The position numbers were made by a program, and so were the translations under genes. A DNA stretch of 63,975 bases, the filler included, from Octopus bimaculoides (taxonomy: Eukaryota), in the NCBI RefSeq assembly GCF_001194135.2. It is 8 parts of 7 records of this genome, joined end to end, with 100 filler letters (N's around TTAATTAATTAA, not from the genome) between each part and the next. Parts side by side here need not be neighbours in the genome. Positions count along the whole stretch, not along the records: positions 36,588 to 57,695 come from NC_068984.1; 7 more parts are not named here. One strand, written 5' to 3'. Of the stretch, positions 36,940 through 50,289 are shown one piece after another; within the stretch, counting starts at the first letter, position 1, and every line of letters starts with the position of its first letter. The notes under the pieces were generated by a model that ran no database searches, was not told where the DNA came from, and saw nothing but the letters and a program-made list of their open reading frames with translations.

Positions 36940-37465
36940 AGGTAATGATTACGATGATGACAATGACAAAATGATGATGGTGATGATGGAAGAGGAGGAA
37001 AATGAGAAGGAGGAGGAAAATGAGAAGGAGGAGGAAGAGGAGGATGAAGATGGTGATGACAGTTATTTACAATGACCATGATGATGACGATGATGACAAT
37101 GATGATGGTATTGATGATGAATCTGTTTTAGAATCTCATTACAACGATCCCAATCATGATGACACAAGTGACGTACAAAATGGCTATGTAAACTATAATA
37201 GTCTTGACAACAACGCCGAAGACGACGATGACGGTGATAAAGATGATGACGGTGATAAAGATGATGACGGTGATAAAGATTATGACGATGATGATAGTGA
37301 TAAAGAGGGAGATGATAGAAATGGTTATGATGATGGTGGTAGTGGTGTTGTGTTGGTGGTGATGATGATTTATGATGATGATGATTGTGGTGAAGATGAT
37401 GATGATGATTATGATGGTGACTTCGACGACGACGACGAACATGATTATGATAGATGGCGTTGATG
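36940..37465 (+). repeat. Cryptic (GAT/GAC/GAG)n trinucleotide region with an 18-bp subrepeat (GATGATGACGGTGATAAA)
   Basis: Direct inspection of the sequence. Confidence 0.8.
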
Positions 37466-37707
37466 ACGGCTATGAATTGAAAATGAAACCTAATTTGCAA
37501 TTTGACTTTTATGCATAAACACAAGAATACAATAAAATATTTTTGAGAGATTTATGAAAGTAAGATTTTTCTTGAAATAACTGTCATATTTATCCCTCCC
37601 GCTACGATAAATGCACACATACATTGTACGTACATACATACATACATACATGTATACATGCATACATACAGACATATATATGTGTATAAGTTTATACACA
37701 CACACAC

Positions 37708-37753
<46 letters not shown>

Positions 37754-37926
37754 GTATGTATATATCTATATATGTATATATAATGTTTGTATGTATATAT
37801 ACACATTAAGTATATTTATATATGATGTTTGTATGTATATACATATTAAGTACATGACATCACCAACGAGTGGAAAATACGTTAACGCACGAGAGATAAG
37901 TACAGGACAAAATACCAAGAGAAGAT

Positions 37927-37992
37927 AACTCGCTCATCAGTTGTCGACTGTTTATTACTACCTATTTCGTGCTTTTAACGACAAGAAAGGAA
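37927..37992 (-). ncRNA. Non-circularly permuted hammerhead motif, copy 1
   Basis: UUCCUUU-C-UUGUCG uuaaaa GCAC-GAA-AUAGGUA guaauaaacagu CGACAA-CUGAUGA-GCG; stem I perfect, stem III with 2 mismatches. Confidence 0.7.
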
Positions 37993-38624
37993 TACTTCAT
38001 AAGACAGCAGCATCCAGAAACTTTAAAACTATAAAATTTGGGGTGAATTAGGGCTTCGAATGAACAAACAACAACACAGTGGACGTACAGAGTAAACAGT
38101 TGACGAAGACAAGCATTAAAAGCCGCTAGGTCAAGACGCATTGTAATGGATAACGCATGGGAGTAATTTTGAAAGGATAGAAGAGAAGAAAATCGTGAAA
38201 GAGAAAAAATATCGAGAGGCGAGAGAAGTGGGAAATGACGTCCAGCGAGAAAAAAAGGCCTGTAGTCACGTGTGATCAACAAGCAGAGTGGAAGGGGGAC
38301 AAAAGAGAGGATCAGGAAAAGAAACAAAGGGAGTGAGGAGAAGGGAGAAGGAACGAAAGATAGTAGGGAGTGAAAGAAAGACAAAGAGGGAGGGGAAGAA
38401 AAAGAAGATATACAGGATTATATAGAGATAGAAATAAAGAAAGAAAACAGAGAGTGGAATTACAGAAATTGTATATAAATCTAAGAAATTACTGTGGACA
38501 AGGCTGCGTGTCGTTCAATTATAAATGAATAAAAAAAATACACAATAAGTACAGGATATCACCAACGAGTGAAAAATACATGAGCACACGAGAGAAAAGT
38601 ACAGGACAAAATACCAAGAGAAGA

Positions 38625-38690
38625 TAACTCCTCATCAGTTGTCGACTGTTTATTACTTCCTATTTCGCGCTTTTAACGACAAGATAGGAA
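38625..38690 (-). ncRNA. Non-circularly permuted hammerhead motif, copy 2
   Basis: UUCCUAU-C-UUGUCG uuaaaa GCGC-GAA-AUAGGAA guaauaaacagu CGACAA-CUGAUGA-GG; stems I (6 bp) and III (7 bp) perfect. Confidence 0.75.
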
Positions 38691-39104
38691 TACTTGATGA
38701 GACAGCAGCATTCGGAAATTTTAAATATATAAAGCTTGTGGAGAGTTAGGGCCTCGAACGAACAAACGACAGCAAAGAGGACGTCCAGAGTAAACAGTCG
38801 ATGAAGACAAACATTAAGGGCTGATAGGCAAAGACGAATTGTAATGGGTAACGCCTGGGAGAGATTTTGAAAGGATATAGAATAAATAGAAGATAAGAAA
38901 ATAGTAGAAGAGAAAAAAATGTCGAGAGGCGAGAGAAGAGGGGAAATGACATCCAGCTAGATGGGCGTCGCCTCCTGAAAAGACAGAGGTGAGGAAAAAG
39001 GCATGTAGTCACGTGTGATCAACAAGCAGAGTGGAAGGGGGATGAGAGAGAGGATTAGGGATGTATCTATATATGTACATGTGTATGTATGTATATATAT
39101 ATAC

Positions 39105-39157
<53 letters not shown>

Positions 39158-39494
39158 GTATATATCATGTATATGTATGTAGGTATGTATGTATGTATGT
39201 ATATGCATATGTATCTGTATGCATATATGTAACTTAAAATGTAACGGAACAAAACTATATAATTTTTATTCAATTATTTGTTTATTGAAATGAGAAAAAG
39301 CACTGCAGATGATCTTTTTTCGCGTAGTCTTCCGAAATTAGGAAGATGGTGATGATATTCTCTGGCCGACAACCTAAGTATCAAATGGATTCTGCTATGA
39401 TGGGGATGGAGGAGATATAGGGATATGATTTACTGGAAATTTAAGTGCTATCTATAGTAGGTCGAACAACCACTTAAAGACACTTTCGCTTGGA

Positions 39495-40290
39495 TTTCAT
39501 ATCTACACTGAACAATATAAACTCCGATATTCAATTTACAGTGGAATTATAGCAAGGAACAGCTCCCATTTCTGGACATTTTGATCATTAAAAAATCCAA
39601 CCACCAAATTGCAACTAACATCTACTACAAACTAACAGACTAAAAACAGTATCTCGTTTTCAGTACATACCAAAATATATATCGCATTTAATCTAGTTAA
39701 AAGGATCTATACAATTGTATTTGACACAACCACCCGGGAATTTCGCCTGCAAGATCTCAAAATAACACTCATTGAACGTCAATATCCACCCGCACTTATA
39801 GACCACGGAATTAAACGTGCCAAGAAATTGGATAGAAATATACAAGGGACAACAAAACAAAACATCACACCTCACTTTAAATCACTCCCATACATATCAA
39901 CCCACAACCCCAGAAACAATGAAGCATACAACACAATTATACAAAATTTCCCTCTACTCACTCAAGACCCGAAAATGAACAACATCCTAAATACTCATAA
40001 ACTCCTCAAATACAAAAGAACACAAATCACTTAAGAGACTCCTAACAAATGCAAAACTATACGCAACACATACGATACCAACAGTTAAAGAATGCAGACG
40101 ACCTAATTGTGGTACATGCCCATACCTAACTGAAGGCTCGGATTTTGCATTCCAGCAAGGAAAAAAATTTTCAATTAAGACCAACCTCACATGTGCTTCC
40201 TAGAACCTTATCTATGTTCTAACCTGCTCAGGTTGTGGCCACAGTTATGTAGGCTAAACGAGCCCTACTTTGAGACGCAGAGTCCCGAAA
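39495..40290 (+). mobile_element. PLE, Neptune-type: RT end, thumb, Cys linker, GIY-YIG start
   Basis: IQFTVE..LPFLDILII, YYKLTD, PYISTHNP, LKRLLT, CRRPNCGTCPY, TCAS*NLIYVLTCSGC..YVG. Confidence 0.9.
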
Positions 40291-40830
40291 CTCGGAGTTT
40301 TATTATGGCAACCGAATAATTGTCACATATTATATTACATATATATATATACATACCTATATATATATGCATACATACATATATAGTCCTACAATAGTAT
40401 AGACCTACAATATATATAGTCCTACGATAATATAGTCCTACAATATATATATATATANNNNNNNNNNNNNNNNNNNNNNNNNNNNNNNNNNNNNNNNNNN
40501 NNNNNNNNNNNNNNNNNNNNNNNNNNNNNNNNNNNNNNNNNNNNNNNNNNNNNNNNNNNNNNNNNNNNNNNNNNNNNNNNNNNNNNNNNNNNNNNNNNNN
40601 NNNNNNNNNNNNNNNNNNNNNNNNNNNNNNNNNNNNNNNNNNNNNNNNNNNNNNNNNNNNNNNNNNNNNNNNNNNNNNNNNNNNNNNNNNNNNNNNNNNN
40701 NNNNNNNNNNNNNNNNNNNNNNNNNNNNNNNNNNNNNNNNNNNNNNNNNNNNNNNNNNNNNNNNNNNNNNNNNNNNNNNNNNNNNNNNNNNNNNNNNNNN
40801 NNNNNNNNNNNNNNNNNNNNNNNNNNNNNN

Positions 40831-40896
<66 letters not shown>

Positions 40897-41724
40897 CACA
40901 CACACACACACCAAACTTTCAACCTTACAGCTATATCCTTTTAAAGATATCTAGAACTGTAGGACTATAATATCGAAGGTGGCCTCTCATTTACAACAAT
41001 CCAGTGTGGTTTTCGGAAAATTTGGTTGCTATTTCTAGCACGTCAGTCAATCACTTACAATCTCCCAAGTTTCGTTCATGGAGGTATTTTCTGTTTTCCT
41101 TCCCACGTGTCAAATGTTTGTGGCACTCTTTTGACCTTGACCTCTTGTTTTCTTCCATGTCTATATTTTTTCTTCGTTCGTTTGTTCGTTCGTCAGTTCG
41201 TTTCTATAGTTTCTTAATTCATTAATATAATATCGGAAAGGTTAGTTGACGATCAATTAAAATAGCAAGATTACTTGAACATCAACAAGAAAAGTAGGTT
41301 TCGCTTTTCTTTTATAGCAGTTCTCCATTAGCTAATAAAAGTAATTAATTTGCTATTCATGGACCTGCTAGCTTAAAAATTTTCAAAAAGAAGTAAGACA
41401 ACAGCTGCAACTACGACGAGGATAACAAGACAATAAGAAAGTAAATAAAGAAATGATGCGAAGAAAGAGTAGAAAGTAAGTTTATTTCCAGGAAAGAGAC
41501 TGAGGAGAGAGAGAGTGAAGTTGAGCAGCGTTTTTCTCTAAACAAAGTATCGTTATTGTTCTTCGACGCCAAATGATTTTGGGTGAGGCAGCAAGCATGT
41601 TGTATTAAAATAGGCGCGTACATACAAACTCTTTCTATCTCCTTATACTCTCTCTCCCCCTCTCTCTCTCTCCCTCTCGCTCTCTCTCTCTTACGCATAC
41701 ACACACACACACACACACCAAACA

Positions 41725-41878
41725 CAGTGGTAAGAAGCTTGCTTCCTAACCACATGGTTCCGGGTTCAGTTCCACTGTGTGACACCTTGGGCAAACGTCA
41801 TTTACTATAGTCTCGGGCCGACCAAACAAAGCCTTATGAGTGGATTTGGTTGACGGAAACTGAAAGAAGCCCGTCGTA
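41725..41878 (+). mobile_element. SINE family A, 5' part
   Basis: GTGGTAAGAAGCTTGCTTCC ... GAAAGAAGCCCGTCGTA. Confidence 0.85.
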
Positions 41879-41920
41879 ATAATACATTTATATATATAAT
41901 GCAAATAATATAAGAGTATA

Positions 41921-41960
<40 letters not shown>

Positions 41961-42937
41961 NNNNNNNNNNNNNNNNNNNNNNNNNNNNNNNNNNNNNNNN
42001 NNNNNNNNNNNNNNNNNNNNNNNNNNNNNNNNNNNNNNNNNNNNNNNNNNNNNNNNNNNNNNNNNNNNNNNNNNNNNNNNNNNNNNNNNNNNNNNNNNNN
42101 NNNNNNNNNNNNNNNNNNNNNNNNNNNNNNNNNNNNNNNNNNNNAATCAAAAAAAGCAACACGGATTTTAAAGGTTATTGCAGTTCGCACGTTTCATACT
42201 ACTCCATTTATTTAAGTAATGCGAGCTTTACATTAAATGCAAAATGCAGAGCAATCCTCAGCTGCACCTTGTTTTTGGAATTGTTTGGATAATACCTTAC
42301 TATATTCTGGTGCCTAAACTTAAGTGCCACATTCAATTTTGAATCTATATAATATATATATATATATATATATAGCCAGCTGGCGGAGAATCTGCCCACG
42401 GTTAAACTAGTAGTAACATTCAACAGCCACTTTGAGATGGTGACTGTGTATAGCTGTATATATCTTTAAAAAATTTTCAGCTTCAAAGCTGCGGTCTTGC
42501 TGGGGCACCACCATTGACTGCACTACACTATTATTTGAAACCTCCTCTGATATGTGGCATTCGGTGAATGAAGGAGTTTAATGTGTGTGTGTGTGTGTGT
42601 GTGTGTGCGTGCGTGCATAAGGTGGACGTAGGTGTCTTAAAAAAGGAACTAGACATCCTGTCTACAATACCGGATGAACCAACACCTGCTTGTTGTTCAT
42701 ACAGCTGTCTTCGTCTTTTGTTTTTCTCTAAATTTCTACCATATATATATATATACATACAGACATACATACATACATACATGTCATGCATACACATATG
42801 TGTGTGTATATTATATATATAGATATAGATATATACCTATATATCTATATATATATATTTACATAAATAGATTATATTTGTACATACACATACACACACA
42901 CGCACATATATATAAAGATAGATAGATGTGTGTGCGC

Positions 42938-42975
<38 letters not shown>

Positions 42976-43049
42976 ATACATGCATACACACAGACACACA
43001 CATACAAATATAGATATAGATACTAGTCAATATTTGTTTGAATCACACA

Positions 43050-45060
43050 GGGGAAACGTTTACTCCGTTTATTACACTCTATGCATGGTTCTGCATTAGA
43101 ATTTAGCTTGCCACAGACACCGTGAATCATGCATTTCAAAACGGTTTTGTATAGTGATTGCTCAGTTTATAGATTTATCTCTGCACACAACTTAGTCTAT
43201 TTTGTCTGGATCATTAAATTTATCTTCTTCGTTCAAGATGACAGAATATAAGCGCGAGGTAATCCTCGTTTCCGAAATTCGATAAATAGCAATATGGTTT
43301 AATACTTCCCTAAATATTATTTTCCAGATTATCGTTCAATAAATCTGTCAATTTTATCTTAAACACTGTTACCATAATATCTACTCTGTCTAAAGAGAGT
43401 TGTCTAGGAAGGAGATTATCTTTAATTCGTTCGAGGCAGTATTGCATGTCATAATAGTAAATAAATCTGGCTTATCAAATTTTCTCACCACAGCAACGGC
43501 CTTTTCAGTAAAGTTCTCTTGTGTTCCTTGGAAACCACTAAAATGATGATGATGGCAAAATAAATGTAAGTCCAGAATAGTTTAAGTTCTTGCATCATCG
43601 GCTACAGTGGCTAGTAAGCTACTAAGTCAATATCTTTTGGTACTGTTCAACTCTGAGACGTCCTTGTTGATATAATTTTAAGTATTGCCCCAACTCGAAG
43701 ACAAAAATAGACAACCCATTGCTGAAATAGTTTTTCCCTCATGCAGGAAACTATTCTATTCGTCTTTTATTAGTATTTGAATTACGTTGTTTTGCAACAT
43801 GCGTATAATAGTGCATCTGTAGTTGTTACTGAGTTCGGGATTAATTTTCAATCTTAGTTGCCATCCTAGTTCATTATAAAGTCATAATAATGTGTTAGAT
43901 ATTGAATCAAAATTTAGACTGTTGTACGTTCAAAAGTGAGAATTTCTTGAGTTTTAGAGTAAAGAGCAAAGACAAGTTCAAAAGACGATTCAACGTCATT
44001 ACTCTTTAACCCCTTAGCTGCTACATCTGGATTTGATAAGTTATAACCCCCTATTATGTTGTTATTTCGGTATTTCTAAAAATGTTACTTTGACAACTGA
44101 TGTTAAAATATTATGCTCTGCAGTTTATTGAGCGTCTTCACTTTTAATTTGTTATGCATTAACATTGCTCTAATTGATCTGAAGTAGTCATAATTTTCAG
44201 GGATACATATTTCATTAGTCTAATTCTCTAATCTAGTATCAGGGATTACTTTCTAACCCCTTATGTAAAGTTGGATAAATTAAGTAGAGGTTTTCATCCA
44301 ATAGTAATCATATTGGCTGCGCAATGATAGCCTTGGCCGCCACGAAGGAAAAAAAACCCAGCTCGTGACCTGCAGTATCAGACATGTGAGCTCCCAATGA
44401 AGTAAAAGTGAGAGTTAATATTGCCTTTGAAGTTTCAGTAATTAGGATTCCCAGGTTGTCTCATTAAATTACAAATATATTACGGTGTTTCTCTTTAGTT
44501 AAGCAATATTGTTTTACCTTTGTGACAGCAAGTTATTGAATTTACTTTCTAAGAGGCGTTCTGATAAGAATGTTTAGCACTACAATATTATGAAAGAATT
44601 TTCATAGACACATAAAAATGATGCAGCAAATTTTCTTGTTGAAAAGTATTGCTGTTTACTGTATTCTTCTGAACTTTGCTATTTTTCTACTGCGAGAAAT
44701 ATTCCCATTTCTTTGTCTTCTGTTAGTGCAATATTCTTCTCTTTCTCTGGCTATAAAAAACCTTATATCCATCTGTAGCAATTAACTTTCTTTTTGGATG
44801 TTGCTTCTGCAATTTTATTTTACAGTCTTTGAGTTCTTCGTCTTAGTTTTTTTTCTTCTTGTGTTTCAAGTATTCTTATTCTTTTTCTATCGTATCTTAC
44901 TTCTGTTCTTGTTTCTTGTTATCGTTTTGCAGCAGCTCTACTCTCCGATTAACATCAAACTTCGACATCCTGTGATAATCTTGTCGAGAAGTTTCTCTGT
45001 GACTAAAAACTTCAACTGTTTGATTTACAATTACCTGTTGTGTATTTGAAAACTTCGAAT
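43050..45060 (-). mobile_element. Helitron RepHel relic (N-terminus, Zn motif, Rep motifs 1 and 2)
   Basis: AVAVVRKFDKPDLFTIMTCN (43500-43441), IEFRKRGLPRAYIL (43283-43242), KCMIHGVCG, YCSAKH...CCHKGK (about 44590-44510); multiple frameshifts. Confidence 0.85.
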
Positions 45061-45595
45061 TACGTCTTGGGCTTCTCTTTATCGTACATTCTCTGGAATT
45101 GTCTTTCTTTTACTCTTGACCTAACCATTATTTCCCCACAAAGATTGATATCTTCTTGCATTGAAATGGACTGAGCGCATAAAACTTTGGCACTTTCAAA
45201 AGAAGAATGTCCTTATATGGAGTTGCCCCAATATGGCTGAGTTTCGAAAGCTGAAACGAGTAAATGAATAAAATTGTAATATATGTCAATTTTCCTATCG
45301 TATTAATTTATCTTTAAAATAATGAAATAATATATTCTGACATATACAATAAAAATAATAGACTATATGGCAAGGTATTGGGACCGACATTAAAATTCCA
45401 ATGACATCGTGACATTACTTACATATAGAGAAAGAATGTAATTGAAAGAGTAATTGAAAAGTGGTAGACAGAGAGATTGATAAGGAAAACATGACTGTCA
45501 GTATGTGGTTGTAAGATCAGTTAGTAAGGTAAACTTTCCATTATATTACTGTTTCATTCACACAGCCTAACTATCCATCAAATTTACGCACAACA

Positions 45596-45630
<35 letters not shown>

Positions 45631-45711
45631 NNNNNNNNNNNNNNNNNNNNNNNNNNNNNNNNNNNNNNNNNNNNNNNNNNNNNNNNNNNNNNNNNNNNNN
45701 NNNNNNNNNNN

Positions 45712-45742
<31 letters not shown>

Positions 45743-45910
45743 CCAATACTCACGATTTTTCAAGTGAACAGTTAACAACCTTCGTTCAAATATTAATTTC
45801 TAAAGTACACTGTTGGAAAAGAAGATTATCAATTTCCCTTTATAACTATACTTGTTTTGTACAGGACTGTGTTCGTATGTGTGTGTGTGGAAGTTGTAAA
45901 TATGTACGCG

Positions 45911-45950
<40 letters not shown>

Positions 45951-46289
45951 TACATACATGCATGCGTATATATATATGTATACACATACAACTATACTTA
46001 CATCTGTGTGTGTATGTATGTGTATGCGCGCACGTGCGCGTGTGTGCATACATATATATTTAAAAACATCTTAATACAGTCACAAAATTTGAAGGAAATT
46101 ATTAAATATGTAAAAGAATTTTTAAAAGCAGAATGGTTTAAATCTTATGGAAGGAGATTTTTTGTTTTGCGCAAGTCCTTTTTTTTTTTTACTGTTTTCA
46201 GTTTTTCAAACTCAAGTGGTGTATGGTAACCTGTATGAAGGTAGATGTCTTTGTATTTTTTTTTGTAGCTGTATTGATGACTATTTCTT

Positions 46290-47340
46290 ATTCGGTTTAA
46301 GATTTAGAATTCTTATGGATAATTGTTTTATCCTTTGTGTTTGATCATTTTCTTCCTTTATTTTGAAAAATGGTTTTTTTTAAATTTCACATTTGCACAA
46401 ATCTCTAAACGTTCACTACATGAAACTTTTCTGAAATGAATCCTTGATTTGTTGCTTGTGTACCCTAACCCGATGCATTAATTTTGATCCTGTTTGGTCA
46501 ATATATATAGTTCCCATCGCACATTGTGCATATAATGCAGAAAATACGATTTTATGTTTTGCAATTGATATTTTCCTTAGCCTTCAATTCTATATTTTGG
46601 TTTTACCCTGTTCATTTTATTCACACGTCCCACAACGAAGGTCTCCACATTTCGTTATCTCTATTATTTCTTCTTCTGATGTGAATTTCGTCTTTGTTAA
46701 GAGTCTTTTAAGATTTAGAGGTTGTCTTCGGCTGTTGATTATATGTGATTCTTTAATTATTTTTCTGAAATTTAATGACTGGAATGTTATGTTTTCTGTG
46801 ATTGTGCGTGAGTCTAAACGGATTATTTATGTTCTGTTTTTGTCTTTGCCCTAACTGAGAGGGCTTCTCAGATTTCTTCGTAAGACAAAGAGTGAAATCC
46901 CTATACCTTGGATATGGCATTCTCTACTAAATTTTTCAAGTATTTTTGTTTCTGAAGGAATATCATTCATTCCATTAGTCGTCACTTTCTTGCCTATTTT
47001 TGTCCGTAACTATTGAACATTTATGTCTTGCCATATTAAATAGGATATTTCTTCTTCCATGGAATGTGTGGCAAGATCTAAAAACTAAATATTGGTGTGT
47101 ATCCGTATCCTTGCAGTAGAGATCAGTTGTAGCAGATTCTTTTTCTTTAATTACCAAAATGTGCCCCCAAAAGGAAATTCCCTTTCTTTCCCATAGTGTG
47201 TTGGATTGATTCATGAATGCTATTTATTCATTTCATGTCTCTTGTAAGGGGTCCCTTACTTCTGTTCCAAAATATGAAGCAGCCATCTTGATGGTGTCTG
47301 ATCTCCTTCATCGTTTGGATTGCATCTTGGTGGCTCTTCT
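46290..47340 (-). mobile_element. PLE, Neptune-type, decayed
   Basis: DGCFIFWN, INSIHESI, KDTDTHQYLVFRSCH, RRQPLNLKRLLT, KCGDLRCGTC, IICTMC, RVRVHKQQI. Confidence 0.85.
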
Positions 47341-47474
47341 CTAAATTATTAATATATGTATACATATCTGTATATCTACATATGTATACATATCTATATC
47401 CATATCCATATCTATCTGTCTCTCTGTCTTTCTATCTGTCTGTCTATCTATCTATCTATCTATCTATTTGTCTG

Positions 47475-47577
<103 letters not shown>

Positions 47578-47905
47578 AGTATATATATGCATATATGTAT
47601 GTATCTCTGCATGTAATGTATAAAGTTGTCTATGAGAAATAAACATAATCAAAGCATGTACCACAAAAACGGATTTTTTTTAATGAAACGTCTCTAATTT
47701 TCATTACCAAATAAGGGTATCGATTTGCGTATAAACTCCAGCCTCTCGAGAATTGTTGGCGTTGAAAACCATTTGAATGTTGAAAGTTCAAAGGATAAAT
47801 GCAGACATTCAAAATATTCCATGTTATAACATATGGACGAATGAATTCTAAAATACTACTTTAACCGCAGAAAAATTCAGGGCAATTCAAACAAAACAGA
47901 CATTA

Positions 47906-47987
<82 letters not shown>

Positions 47988-48387
47988 CATATACATGTAC
48001 ATATTCCTGTGTTTTGAAGAGCTTAAGTATAGTTGTTCAAATGAAAATCATTACTGAAATAACATCTGACGTTGCTATGTGGTGAGGAGTTTGTTGCCCA
48101 ACCACATGGTTCTAGGTTCGACCTCACTGTGTGATAGCTCTTGGCCGAATAAAGCTTTGTGATTGGATTTGGTAGACGTGTAGCATGTGTTATGCCAATG
48201 TTGCTAAGATGTATTGCGGAAGCTACTTATAATGATATAGCCACACCAAACAAACAGCTAAACAATGTATGATAGCCATATGAAGTTGATTCGGCATTAC
48301 AAATATACATGCAATCAATTATCATGATGAAAGAAATATAATTCAACAAGCATGTAAATGAATATCGAAATGTACCACTAGGGCTGG

Positions 48388-48441
48388 ATGAAACACAAGG
48401 AATATATATATATATATATATATGTATTCCTTGTGTTTCAT
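48388..48441. repeat. Near-perfect 54-bp palindrome: 17-bp arms around (TA)n
   Basis: ATGAAACACAAGGAATA (48388-48404) and TATTCCTTGTGTTTCAT (48425-48441). Confidence 0.9.
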
Positions 48442-48846
48442 ATATATATACATACACATAATATAGAGATCTCATTCATTCTTTTGTTGTCATATTATTA
48501 TTATTATTATTAATAATATATATATTCAAATATTTATTAGTTAATAAATTGTATAGTATACACCTGCTAGCATACCGGTAAAGCACGTTTACTTTCATAA
48601 TGTTCGTTGGGTATTTGATTAATGAGATGGAAAATGGAAGATACGAGAATGTTTATTAATCACGACAATTGTTTCGGCTCTCTCGTTAATCATACACGCA
48701 CACACACGCACACACGCACACACGCACACACACGCACACACGCACACACACACACACACACACACATACCTACACACACACACACNNNNNNNNNNACACA
48801 CGCACACACACACACACACACACACATACCTACACACACACACACA

Positions 48847-48879
<33 letters not shown>

Positions 48880-48881
<2 letters not shown>

Positions 48882-49023
48882 CCCCGAGTTCTTTTGCAGG
48901 GTTTAGAAAAACCGAAGGACCGCTGCAATAAGTGTGTGAATCTGTTGAATAAGATCATAATTCAACTGATCCTCCTGTATTTTCTTTTACCTGACGCTAG
49001 GAACTTTCCAGCACTCCCTCGTA
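48880..49023 (+). mobile_element. mariner-type element 3' end with terminal inverted repeat
   Basis: F..GLEKPKDRCNKCVNL remnant, ending GGAACTTTCCAGCACTCCCTCGTA. Confidence 0.6.
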
Positions 49024-49057
49024 TATACATATACAAATACATACGAGCATACATACA

Positions 49058-49088
<31 letters not shown>

Positions 49089-49149
49089 CATTCGTAAACA
49101 TAAATCCGAAAAAAGTGGCACACTCTAAGTTATAGAGCAGTATATATTA

Positions 49150-49805
49150 AAGTTAGATAAGGCCAGTTTATGGGATTACCTTTGGTTTCACATCCATAAA
49201 AGGCCTGGCTTTATGGCGTAACAGATCCCAAAATCTGTTGGCTAAAGGCCTCTCTAGTGAGTGACCTCCCTAGAATATGGTGGAGGAAACGAGCACGTTA
49301 CTTAATGATAACAAAGGGGATTATCACCCTCTGGCTATCGATCACTGATGTTAACAAAGAGGTTGTGTCCCTTTGGCTATCGATCGTCGGTGACACTGCT
49401 ATCTCGTGGGTTCCAACAGGCTAGCAGGAATTTCCTGAAATGCAAACACGGTCTGAAAACCTCCGATCTGGAGTTCTGGATATTCCCTGGGTCGATGGAG
49501 TCCTTTAGGATCCTCGCCCGTTTCGCTATGCATAATTTACAGCGGTTGGTCCCGTTAATGTGGGGGCCTGGATTCTCTAGGATTCTCCATGATATCGTGT
49601 ATGAAATCCCGTTGTCTAATAGTTGCCATACGTGACTGACTAATGACGTGACGAATCTCCTTTTCGGTATCCTGAAGGAAGATCTGTGGTTGGAGAGGCG
49701 TTGTTTGAACGAATTTCCGAAACAGCCGATGTATCTCGGTGGTCGGGTATTACGGTGGTGTGTCTTTTGGTGTTGGCTGCCGCTGTTGCCGGAACTGGAG
49801 TTGTT
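49150..49805 (-). mobile_element. PLE GIY-YIG C-terminus and 3' repeat (same family as 17541-18395)
   Basis: RYIGCFGNSFKQRLSNHRSSF, HVWQL, CKLCIAKR, NSRSEVFRPCLH; hammerhead relic at 49171-49230. Confidence 0.9.
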
Positions 49806-50289
49806 NNNNNNNNNNNNNNNNNNNNNNNNNNNNNNNNNNNNNNNNNNNNNNNNNNNNNNNNNNNNNNNNNNNNNNNNNNNNNNNNNNNNNNNNNNNNNNN
49901 NNNNNNNNNNNNNNNNNNNNNNNNNNNNNNNNNNNNNNNNNNNNNNNNNNNNNNNNNNNNNNNNNNNNNNNNNNNNNNNNNNNNNNNNNNNNNNNNNNNN
50001 NNNNNNNNNNNNNNNNNNNNNNNNNNNNNNNNNNNNNNNNNNNNNNNNNNNNNNNNNNNNNNNNNNNNNNNNNNNNNNNNNNNNNNNNNNNNNNNNNNNN
50101 NNNNNNNNNNNNNNNNNNNNNNNNNNNNNNNNNNNNNNNNNNNNNNNNNNNNNNNNNNNNNNNNNNNNNNNNNNNNNNNNNNNNNNNNNNNNNNNNNNNN
50201 NNNNNNNNNNNNNNNNNNNNNNNNNNNNNNNNNNNNNNNNNNNNNNNNNNNNNNNNNNNNNNTGCATATCAATCAAGTATGCAGTCATT

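Larger units (their letters stand above)
37845..39062 (-). repeat. Tandem duplication of about 700 bp, PLE pseudo-LTR-like
   Basis: AAGTACA.GA.ATCACCAACGAGTG starts at about 37848 and 38547; the units are colinear and each carries the permuted hammerhead motif. Confidence 0.85.

Noticed and set aside
37002-37524. Asp-rich (plus) or His-rich (minus) ORFs as a biomineralisation or metal-binding protein
   Set aside because: A cryptic (GAT)n array confines stops to one frame; no splice or start context.
41350-41425. Fourth copy of the permuted hammerhead (GAAGTA..ACAGCTGCAACTACGACGAGG)
   Set aside because: Weak colinear resemblance only; both core boxes are destroyed.
45232-45265. CTGA-GTTTCGAAAGCT-GAAACGAGTA hammerhead-like motif
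   Set aside because: The core lacks three nucleotides and stems I and III do not pair.
49377-50288. 303-aa minus-strand ORF as one protein
   Set aside because: A chimera across a gap: the start lies in an antisense RTE copy and only the distal part is PLE.
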